Below are positions 24,801-36,400 of a stretch of 64,000 nt of DNA, piece by piece. The position numbers and the translations under genes were made by a program. The stretch's first letter is position 1, and each line of letters starts with the position of its first letter. The notes beneath the pieces are model-generated. The model saw nothing but the letters and a program-made list of their open reading frames with translations. It searched no databases and was not told where the DNA came from. The stretch is from Raillietiella orientalis (Eukaryota), in NCBI GenBank assembly GCA_036172245.1, contig JAYWIR010000042.1, positions 1,674,001 through 1,738,000 on the forward strand, in the 5' to 3' direction.

Positions 24801-27800
24801 GTCGTGAGAGGGAAGGACTGGTGCAGGGACTGAAGACGAGGGGCGAAGCCATCACGCCTTTCCCCTCCAAGAAAGAGAGAAGGTTACGAGAGGAGCCAGG
24901 AAGGGATGCTGCACGTGTCCTCCGGAAAGTTGACAGCAGTGGGGCGTCTTTCCTTGGGGATGCGGGCTCCAGTCTGATCCCCTTCTTCCCATGAGGTACG
25001 AAGCGCCGCTTTCTTCTTTCTAGATCAACTCTTTTCCACTGCTCAAACAAAAAAAAAAAAATAAACTGATTGATGTTGTTCCTGTTGGGTATCTGCGATC
25101 TGCATCTGCATGACTCGCTAGGCGCGCGTAATGTTCATGACGAAGACAGAAATATCAACTGCTGCTCCTACACCGTGCGTAATCCTTCGAACTCTGAACG
25201 AACGACCGCTTCATTCACGTACATTCATCGCAGGATCGATGGAGTCTCCATGAAGGTGCTGCGGGTTCCAGGTATCGGCCTGCTCGGCTCTGCCTGGTAA
25301 CTTACAGGGGTGGTCCGCAGACGCGACTCGGAGCTGCTGCTTTCGAAGCGTCGCACAAGCATCAGTGAGAGAGAGGAAAAAAAACTTCCACGATTACCTT
25401 ATCAGTCACTGTTATCGGACCCAGGCTGCTGGACCTCTGCAGCGCATCAATCTCAAGACGAACAGGAAAACGAAGCTGAGAATACTCTTCGCGGTGATCT
25501 CAACTTTTTCCCATCGCGGAGAACGAAATACGATGAGTCCTCTGGCAGCTCCTGCTCGATACAGAGGCTTAACCACAGGCAACATTCTGATTTCCCATTT
25601 CTAATTAGCCCGCGATCCTCCGGAACCCTTCTCCACCGATCCCGAAAGTTTCGGAACTGAAAGACGGGAGCTGGAGGAACAGGGCGCGGGGCAAGGCAGA
25701 CCGGGGTACGGAAGAGTTCGAGAAAAGCGCTCTGATTCCTGTGCTGCAGCAGCAAGAGATGCAAAACTCGGAGCTTTCGTCGCCTCGTCGAGTTCTGTAA
25801 GCAGCTCCAGACTGGAGGCGGATCGGGCTCCATTTCAGGGAGATGTTTAAAGTTTCTGGCAACTCGCCGGGATCGGCACGAACAAGCACCGAGACTCTGA
25901 CCACACAAGAGGAGTCGACATGCAGAAGGACGCTCCCGACGTTCGCGAACGAGGGAAGCGTGCACGCAACGGAAGCTGGCATCCCGGCTGAGCCCGGTAG
26001 CTCGGCAGAAGACAACGGGCATCATTCCTCTCTTGGATCCCCATCAGACAAAAACAGACGCCACGGTGCAGTTTCCCGTTGCCTGCACCTCAGACAGTCA
26101 GCTGATTGAGACAGGAAGGAGAGGAATATCGTTCCTTCCTACGTCCGGAGATGGCCGAACGGCTTATGAGGGAAGCACCAAATGTCCCTTGGCGCATCTT
26201 CCGTCGAGTAGCTCCTCCTCAGCGAATGACGAGCTTTGGTTCGCACTGGTTCCCCGTTCAGCATCTTAATTCATGACGATCGTGCCAGCTGGATGTTTCG
26301 GGAAACCGGGGGGATTCTCGCAGAGAAACAAGCAAGCAAACAAAAAATGAACGGCGGCAACGGAAAGAGAAAGATAGGCACGTTGCGACTACCTGCCGCC
26401 GATTCGCCCCCCCCTCTGGATCTCGCAAAGTCCGCGAGATAAACCTTCAGTTCGAGAATCACTGACCTGACAGAATCTTCCCGCCAAAGATCAATAAGGA
26501 TTTTTCCCCGTCTGACGCCTTCAGCTTCGTTATTCTTTGAGAGAAGGGTTTTTCGAGTTTTCCGCGTTCTGAAACGGCTTTCAGTTCTGGTCACTCTTCC
26601 TTCCGCTACCTCCCCCTCCTCCGGTCCTCCTTCTTTCTTGGTTTCCATCCATCCTTGGAGTTCCTCGAGAACCGTTTCTTCTCCTTTATGCCTCCTACTG
26701 GAAAGACGGCCTCTCTGGTTTAGCGCTCTCGTGGGCACTCGCAGCGAGTTTGGCTGCGAAGCCTCGCGAAACCCAGCCGACCAAGTAGCTCACAACGCGT
26801 CGACGGAGCATTCAGAAGGCGAAGACGTCCTCAAACTTCCCGCTCTCCACGAATGAAAGTGATCCACTTTCCACAGTCGGTTCCTCGGACGACGCAGACA
26901 CGCAGAAATCTGGCCGGCCTTGCACAGTGTGAAAATCCTCCCAGGGCGAAATTTGCGAGGATGGCAGGGTTCGTCGTGTTCGGGGAGGCTTCGAAGAAGG
27001 CAAAGCTGCACCCGAGCTGGTTCCAGACGTGATTCCTTTTCCTTTTTTGTCTTTCTTTCCTTCTTTCTTTTTTTTTTCTTCACGGATTACTTGAAGGATC
27101 AATATTTGATCAGGGAAGAACAGGAAGCGAAGCGGGGGGAGGAGAGATTTTTTGAAGATAAAAATAAGTTGCATCAGAATTTGGCAGTAACTCCCGACGA
27201 TATCGGCAACGGAAGCACAGGGATGTTTGTTATTCTGAATCTTAAACACATGGGAACCGGGGAAAGAAAGGAGGAAAAATTGGGCCACCCGGAAGGACTC
27301 TGGAATCCAGGAGAGGTTGCTCTACGTCATTCGATCACGCACAGCAGCCGAACTGAGGGACTTCCGGCGAGCAAGTCAGCTCTCTCAGAAACATTCAGAA
27401 AAGGCACTCAGAAACATTCGCGCTGTCGGGAAGCGCAGCGCTCAATGGCTGCGAGCGTTATTGTGACAGACAAACGGTCCTGAGTTTCTGCTTGCACTTC
27501 TTGAACCGCACCTGGAGGATAAATCTTCGGCGGAAGGAGGAAATTCTTCGTACAGCTTGGCAGGTGCAGTGAGGTGAGATAGGTGTCCGATCCCCTGATG
27601 AGTTTGGGTTCCAGGAATATATATCGATCGGATAGAGGATTCTGCTCGTTTCATGGGTGGCCAAGTTTCAGCTTGCTGCAAGAACTGTAATTCCATGCAG
27701 AAGAAACGAAAGAGGAGGAGGAGGGGGGAAGGGAAACGGAAGAAGAAAAGACATGCATCTGCCAGAAGCTATTCATACCCTCGAATGTTGTGACCTAGTG

Positions 27801-30405
27801 CTTCTAGGGCCTAGTTCCAATCGGAAGAAAAAAAAAAAAAAAAAAGAAAATCAGCCAAACCGTTCTCATGGACACTTGGCTTCTGGAAACGCGACTGTTT
27901 CTTCTATTTCTCCATGTGGAGGCATTCTTTTCGCTCACAAATTTCATGCCTGCCGCACTCGAGAAAGGAAAACTCGAAGGGACATTCTTTCCTTTTCGAT
28001 TCAAAATGCAACATAATCGCTACAAGATCTCCTTTTGTCACGTCGTGTGTTTAACGTCCACGATCTTTCGAGATCCTGAAGTAACCGTGGCTGTTCTCCT
28101 GCACAGGAAAAGAGAGTTCTTCTTTCGTACAGGCACCAACCATTCCTCTTCGACGTCCCAGTCTCAGAAGTAGGATCAGAACATTGCAACGTCGTCGAAG
28201 AACGCCATAAAAAAAAAAAAAAAAAAGGGAAAAAGAAATCATTGATTGAGCTTTGTGTGCGGAAATTCGAATGACCGATCGAGATTGATTCAGGGACGTC
28301 CACAAGCAAGCAAACAACCTCGTTCGAGGCGAAGCTGGCTGATAAAAACAGGAATGTTTGAACACCGACAGATCGATACTGGAATCTGACAGGAATGCGG
28401 TCCTATTTCGCGGATCTTTGGGATTACGGCTGCATTTCACATGGAGTACTCCAGCTTTGGGAACCAACCACCATCACCACCCAGAGGACTGCCCGTCGAA
28501 CTTTCAGGTTTGCACGACCCCTGCTGATCCCCTGTCACTTCAAGCAGGACGGAGGCTCCCGAGTACCTCCCGGTTCCTCACATGGAAACGCCAAGTTTCA
28601 AGGGTGCGACTGGGAGAGATGCAGAACTTTTCCTTTTTTCAAAGTTGCGGAAGCGCAGCAGCGATGGACTCTGCTCATTCGTGGAACGCATTCCACCGGT
28701 CGTTCCGTTACGATCTGTCATCTTTTTACGCCATCTACCCGTTTCATCGCTACGAGAATCCACTATCCGCGTCCATTGAAGAAGGAGAATTGCCCATGAG
28801 ACAGCGGATGAACGATTTCGGACACTCAGCGATTAGGTAACAGAGCTTGAGCCGATCGGCTTGTTGGTCTCATTGGCACTCAACGCCATGACTTCCCTCC
28901 TTCCTCAGAGTGTTCGTCATTCAGGACTGACGGGATGAAACCCTCAGCGGATGGGATCCGATCTGCCTCGGCTGCCATCAGACAGGGCTTCTTATACTCA
29001 GCTTCTATCTTCACGTCCTCGCCCTCATCCACCTGACAGGTCAACCACGGATCGCTTCAAGACCTGTGAGTGAAAGAAAGGTAAGCGAGGGGTTATTTCC
29101 CAGAGAATGCGATCTGAAGACGGACGAATGGGGCTTGAAGGATCCAACAGCGAGAAGCACGTGGGAAACTTGTTCTGATGGGGCCGCCATGAAGGCGGGA
29201 ACGGAAGAAAAGAAAGGTGGACGAAGCTTCATGAGACGATGAGTCGGGACCGGCTCAAACGGTTCCTGGAATATTGAGGAGACCCTGACCACTAAGAGGA
29301 AACGAGGATGAAAAAATCTGCAGGACCTCCTGCTGTTTCTAGAAAATGCTGAATACTGACTACAGGGTGAGTAGAGAAGGAGAGGAGGGACGCTTCATTT
29401 CCCACTACGCTTTGGATTTGGGCGAGGAGGTCAGGGGCTAGGCCAAGACTGCCTGAGAGATGAAATGATGCTTCATTTGGCTACTCTTAGAAACCGTTCT
29501 ACGCCCTTCAAGAAAACATTGGCATCGTTCTATTGATAGAATTTTTCTTTTTAAGGCCTCCCGATTCATTGCTGCTCCTCCACTCTGGTGTCCCGCACGT
29601 TTTTGCAAGTTGCAAAAAGCATGATACAAACCTTTGAGTCATGCATAATTCATGCACTTCATCCAGCTGTGGCCATTTCACCACCTACTGCTAACGACTA
29701 CACTCTTTTACTCACGGATGAGAAGTCCTACTCCTAATCACAAGACCAGTTCCCCGAAACTCCCAATTCCACTGCACTGAATAAGAGATACGTGTAGTTC
29801 CCAGATGACTACAAGAGGTCATGCTCACTCAGTCTGAACATCATCCTCTCAACAGACATAAATGCATAAGGATGGAAAGGAAGCTTCTCGACGCCAGCGT
29901 TCTCTCGACACTTATCTCATGTGGCATCATTGAGTCCCTCGCCGGTGCGCGCGTCCACCCAAACCTCCCAAAGCTTCTCACGGGAGTCCATTCTCTACCT
30001 TTCTACGCTGCTTCTAGAGTGTGCGCGACTTAGAGTACGAACGCGGAGTCGCCTGGTGACCTTCGTCAGCCCACCGGTGTGATAGGAGCCACCGATCGCT
30101 CACGTTGGGAGACCACGCGTTGATGTGACTACCTGGGTGTTTTCGCGATGCCTTTTCCTCGACGAATACACGTTTCCGAAACGACACAATCAATGTACGC
30201 TCTTACAATGCGTCCTTGGACTACGTACACATGTCAGAGTGCCTACGTGCCACCACCCCACGCGCTCACGTACTTTCTTTCACTGTGCCGATCTCGAATC
30301 TCGCCGTGTCAGTTTCGTAGGTACGCAACAACTCTCGTCTTCCGAGTACGCGTGTGCTCAGCATCCACATTCCTTGGAAGCGATTCGCGATTTTTTTTGT
30401 TTTTG

Positions 30406-30440
<35 letters not shown>

Positions 30441-33400
30441 GAGTTCGTTTCTTATTGAGGAAACTTGGCAAGAGGGCAAAGGAAAGCACGGCGGACGGAT
30501 GTCACTATCTGGTTGTCTCATTCAGGTCTTTCTCACCAGCTTTCAGTTTCCTCCGTCCAGTCATCTCACTCTAGCGAATTCCGTTCCTTAATGGTGTTTG
30601 TTGTTTTCTTCGTGTTTGAGAGTTTGTTTTGATCATGCGCATTCGGCAAACTCCATCGAAAAATTCTTATGGGAATTTTTTTTCCCCTACCGTACCTTTA
30701 ACTCATTGATTGTTACCCATGATGTCGTCGGGAATCCTTGAAGCATGGGAACTAAAAACTGAAGGCAACCAGTCCAGTGGCCAATCAACAGCATCATCGA
30801 TATGAGATTAAAAATGCGCATGAACACGCTCGCCATGTTAAGAAACTGAAAGAGAAAGTCAGCTGTTATTGAAGCACTGAAGTAAGCAAGGCATCTTAAA
30901 TGCTGCCTCATGAGTTCATCACTTGCAAAGATGAGAAGAAACCTGTGTATATTTGCTTTCGAATCTGAAACCTGCAGCTGAGACTGCTTCTCTCTAGACA
31001 AGAACCCCTTTCCTCTCCAAATGACACCGAGACTGTTACGGCCGAAAACCAGTGATCTGTACTCCGGGTGCGTGGAGTACAGATCCCCTTGGAGTACTCT
31101 TGAAGTGAGTAAGAAGGGCAGAGGTACCTCTGTTTCCGGATATTAGTGATAGGGATCGCTGGACCGAAAAACAACATATCGATTGATCGTACGATCCCTA
31201 AATCTGCTTCGTATCGTCGTCGTCGCTGCCGCTATCGTCGACCGTAGTCGGAACTGACACCTTCACACAAAGATCACTCCCGGCAGTCCGCTTTCTGTGA
31301 GGGAACGTGGTACAGAAAAGAAAAGGAGAGAGCAAAGACGAAGAAATACGAGCAGAAGATCTGCTCCGCGCGTTTCCCCCTTCATCCCTGAGGCACTCGG
31401 GAGTGTTCCTGATAGGTATTCAGAAACACCTAGTGTTCGGAGTCTGCTTTTCTCATACAGTTCGAGCTCTTTGCTTATTCTTTCCTCTGAGCTGCAGATG
31501 CCGAGGCACGCAAGTTAGATCCAGCCAGAGTCCTATTCCGCTGCCTTGAAATCGGGTTGATACATTTCAGTTCGAGGGCCACGCTATCCATCACTGGTAA
31601 ACTGAAAGGGGCCCCCCAAAAAAAGGTGGAAAAAAGGAGCAACTATCCATTTCTCGAGAACGATAAAGAAGAAACACCCTTCAAGAACAGCTCATGGGAA
31701 ATTTTGTTACAGACGGGGAAACCAGATCGAGGGGGAGCGATCCCGATGGGAACTCGTACCTCCCATGATTCAGGCACAGGGACCCAGAGCACTTGCACGT
31801 CTGGGAACGGATTCCGATCAATCAATCCGTCATTCATTCAAGAAACGGTGAAGATCCCGTGCCTCTTTCGAAGATGATGAGCGAGCAGCACACAAGCCGA
31901 GCGGATGAGCGCCATCTACGAGCAGGCGTTTGTTTCAGAAATGTGCGCTTTACGCACCGCTGAACTTCCTCATCCCCCTGGCCTGGAACCTACAAGAGCG
32001 CAGAAAGGTTCATCTGTCAAGTTCAAGTCTGTCGAAAAGATCCGCGTCTGGAGCAGGAGAAAGGATGCGTGAAGAGCCCCATATTTCCCGAGGGAAAGTG
32101 CTACACGTGCAGGCAACTGAGCCGAAGAATGGATCCCAGATCAATCAGCCAAACCTGATACGAGGTCATGATCTGCCTAGCTTACCCTGGTCACACGTGC
32201 AGAGAGAGATGCGGGACGCCGTGCAGGGGGAGAGGGAGGGGATATTAGGGTGGTGTATCGAAGAACGCGCGCACTGTCCCTCCCGCTGCGTTCCGACATT
32301 GGCTCATTCAATCTCGGTCCTGGGATGTTTCCACGCTACCAGATCTTGCTGCCAACGAGTCGTGCTCTTACAGAGGCAATCAGGGGTGGTGGCAAGGGAG
32401 AAAACTTGCAGCAGCACCTCTTTGTGCGACACAGCCCTGTTCTCCTTGTGGCCGCTTAACGACTCCTCCCAGCCTCGTAGGCAGTTTGGTGAAACCATCT
32501 CGATGAAGTTTCCACACCTCGAGTCGAGCAGAGAGATTCCGTGACGGCGTCGCCCAGCTCGCATGATTGGTTGCCGAGGAGGAAGTTTGAAAAAAAAATC
32601 ATGAGCGATAAGGATCCAGTGGACCACAATGAAGGGATGTGAGCTGGCCAAAGGGACGCATCTCGGTTTCAGGTTCCTCGATTTTTTTTCCTGCGCTTTG
32701 AGCACACCTCTTTGCGACGGAGGACCAACCAGCTGCTTTCCGATCCTCCAGCTGAAGAGCGCACGAGTTCACTTTGCTCCAGCTGGCGGCAGCATTCACG
32801 AATCGGAACAGCTCATGATGCACAAGCTCCCAGTGATCTCACTGAAGGAGAAAAGCGCCAGGTTCAGGGGAGAGCAGGGTGGCTCACCCGGCCAGGGCTC
32901 TTTCCCGTCTTCATCGTCGCAAAGATCCCATCTCCCGTTTCCCATCCGCCATTCCCGAAAAAACGTCTCACCTTTTTTTTTTCTCTTTGCTTTTTCCTTT
33001 GCAGCCGACCGGGGAAACACGGCAGCCCGTTCCTTACTGAGGGCAGATGCGACCTCGGCGATTTTACATGCCGACCACACCCTTCTTTCTCGACGGGTCA
33101 GGAACGCTTTGTTCCAATGACTCCTGAACTCCTGCAGCCTCCATCGAATTCCCTCCAAAAATTCTCGATTGCCCCCAATCCCGAATCTGATCTTCGCACA
33201 TCTTAGAAAGAACGTCCGGGGAGCACGCCATCCTCCTCCAATGGCAAATTCGCCCTTCTGCGGCGTGCGTCTTCCTCTTCTCTCCACTTCCCTTTCCGTG
33301 CGAGCCGACCGACCCCTGCGTTGCTCCAGTAGTGTTTCGCCTTGTGCCGCAACCCCTCTAGAACTCTCGAGTCCGGCAGATGCCAGAAAGCACGAGCGGC

Positions 33401-36400
33401 GGGGGGCAGAAGGAAGCTCGGAGACATCGAGCAGCGGCCGTCGAAGACGTTCCGAAGGACTTGGCGGCGGAGAAGAACTGGCGGGAGGATCAGCGGGCAA
33501 TGGTAAGAAGGCGCTAGAAGTCTTGAGACAGAGCCTCGGAGGGAAGGCACGACCCTTTTTTTTTCGCGAGGACTTTTTTTTTTGTTTTTTGCCCCTCGCG
33601 TCTTTCCAGGAGGAGAGGAACCGTACCTAATCCGCAAGCTGAAAAGCGGTGAAGAAGGAAGAGAAAGGAGAAGACAGCGTGCAAGAAGCCGCCTGAAGGC
33701 GAGTAGAGGGGAGGGTTCTCCCTCTTCCCCCATCTCCTCCTATTCCTGCCTTCGCCAAGCAGGATGATGAGGAGGAGAAGGAGGAAGAGGAGGGAGGTCG
33801 AATGCTGCTGCGCTCCTGGGAGAGCGTTGTCCGTAGGAAAGGAACGGAGAGGAGGGAAAGGTCCGGAAAAGGAGGAAAGGATGCGATCTGCTGCTTACGT
33901 AAATCTCCTCGTACTGGCTGATGTACCTCACGAGGCGCGACAGGCGGAGGAGCCTGACCAGGCTGAGCAGCTTGACCAGGCGGAGGATCTTCAGAGCCCT
34001 GCCCGCGTGCAGGATCTGGAAGCTCTCCTCTTTGAAGTCCTGAGGGAACATGGGAAGCAGGGAGAGAGACATGGGGGTCCAGGAGAGGGGGAGAAAGTCT
34101 CTCTCTCCCCGTCCGGAATTCCTTACGTTGTGGAAGAACAGGAACAGGTAGTCCAGGGGGATGGAGCTCACGAGGTCGAGGAGGAACCAGGACTTCAGGT
34201 ACTTCCTGGCGATGAGCTTCGGGTCTAGGATGACCTGCTCGGAGTTGTCTTGCTTCATGATACCTGGAAGAAGCAACACGGTCCGATGTGTGGTCGTCCT
34301 TGTTGTCAAACTTCCCCTCTCTCCTACCCTCCCTCTCCTCCTCGCAACCAAAGCGGGTGCGCTGAAAGGGAGGAATTACGGGAGGGAGAAGAACCCTTGT
34401 TGTTGCGCCTAAATGGCGCGGACCCATTCCGTCTCTGGGAACCCAAAAGGGACCTTGTCGGCCCGAAGCACCAGGTCACACGACGGAGGACTCAACTCCT
34501 TCTGGGAACGGACGGAGGTGCGGAACAAATGCCTCTGCATTGGTCAGGTGACCTTTACAAGTGGAACGACGCGGGGGAGAGGGGAGCTGCTGTCTTGTGT
34601 GGCAAAAGAGGCATAGGGAGATCTCGGAACCTAGGGAAGGGTATCAGGAGAGACAAAGTCAATAGGACGGAGGACGTGCAGCAACAAGAGGAAACTGTTA
34701 CGCAGAGGGACACCAAAAGGACGCACTCCTTCCCGCGGCGTCCGGGAAACGAAAGTCCGAGAATCCCGTCTTTCCCGCCGTGGCATCCGGGTGGGAAGAA
34801 AGCTATTTCGCTTTCCTCCTCCGAGCGGGAGAATCTAATCTCGCGCGAGAGGCGCCAAGCGCGTCCCTAAGGGGGGAGCGGGGGAGCTCCGGCAGAGAAC
34901 GCGCTTTCAAGCTCGGGGGACAGGAAAGGAGGGGGGGGGGATCCGCCCTCGAATCGACAACGCCTTCCCGCTCTTGTGTCTGCCGGAAACCCCGGCGATC
35001 GCCCCGCCGCCCGCCGCGCTCGCGGAGGCGACCCGCTGTTTTTGCCCCTTTTTGAAGTTCTTTCGCCTTTGTGCAGAAGAACCCCTGGATTTCCGTCCTC
35101 CCCGCGAAGTGGACGGCCTGGCCGCAGGAGTCCCGTTTTCGCTTGGGAAAAAAATCAATGTCACGGGCGAGGCAGAGTTCATCTGTTCCTGGAACAGCAG
35201 ATACGCTGGTCAGCCGTTGGAAGAGATCCTGGGAGAACACCAGGAATCTGTTGTGGGCCTCGTTTGCCCCCCTCGCCTCGGTGCTGCACTCCCTAAGGGA
35301 AGTAATGGACAGTCAACGGCCAGCGAGGTGGGAAGTGACCTATGTGATAGGGAGCAGGAAAATACATCTGGGTGCATGGACAACCCGGGAGCTGGCGGAC
35401 GCCGCGAACCCGAGTGCCCATCAAAAGGACTGCTACGCTGGGGAGAACTCTGGGAAAAAGTTTCCTCTGGAGGAGGAACAGTGGCCTTCAGAGTGTTGGA
35501 ACAGTGCTACCCTCCCCCTAAAGTGGCAGGAATTGACGACCCTGCTGTTGCACTGGGGCTTCTCGTGCAACGTCCGCTGACACCATTGGACCCGGGGGAT
35601 GAGGTGAGTCCAAACTGTGGCAGGTGCGGCGGGAGACAGTTCCTCCAGCACCTGCTCAATTGTGTTGCCCTTTGCCCCCTATGGGAACGCCTTGCAGCGT
35701 CCTTGTGAGTCCCCGAGGGCAAACCCAGAGGCGTTTTGAAGCGCCTCTTCCTGAGAGACTCCCTCACGCTGGCCGCATCCCTAGCAGCACTTTGCTGCCT
35801 ATGTGGAGTCCTGGCTGCATGGAGCAACGCCAGGGAAGACCAGAACGAGAGAGACGCCATCTATTTTGCCATCCTCTTCATGAGGATAGGGTCAAGATGA
35901 TCCCATCTGGGAACAGTGAAACAGCAACTTGCTAGCATCCTTACAAGGATGCAGAGGACACCTTCGAGTGATCCCTTCCTGAACTCCCTCTCCATTTTTT
36001 TGGATTTTTTGTTTCTTTTTTCTTTTTGTTTGTCTCCCCTTCTCCTATGCTGCAGGGGCGAACCTGCCTCACGCCGGCCTGCGTGCCGGTTCTCGGCAAG
36101 TTCTTTTTGTTCTTTTTGAGGCCACGCGTCGGTTACTAACCTGTGTGTTTATTTTTCTATAATAAACTCCCCGGAGTGACCGGGTGTCAAGCCGTCTTTC
36201 GCCCTGCCCACCTCTTCCGCTGGCGGCCTCATCGTCAGAAGAGAGTCGGAAGGAGTGAGGTCTCGCCGTCTTTCCGGTGCAGGCTCACCCCTTCCGGTGA
36301 CCCCGCAAGAGCGGATGCAATGCTCGGAGCGCGCCGCGTGTCTTGCGCCTCGAGCCCTGGGCTGCCCGCAGCGCAGCGGAGGGCCTGGTGACGGATCCAG

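Noticed and set aside
29400..29830. Possible minus-strand APE endonuclease remnant (GNYTYLLS...RGTGLVI)
   Set aside because: A single weak motif; too degenerate to call.
33629..33640. Possible 12-nt micro-exon in the Ih S4-S5 intron (ttttcag|CTTGCGGATTAG|gtacgg)
   Set aside because: It contains an in-frame TAG and has no supporting homology.
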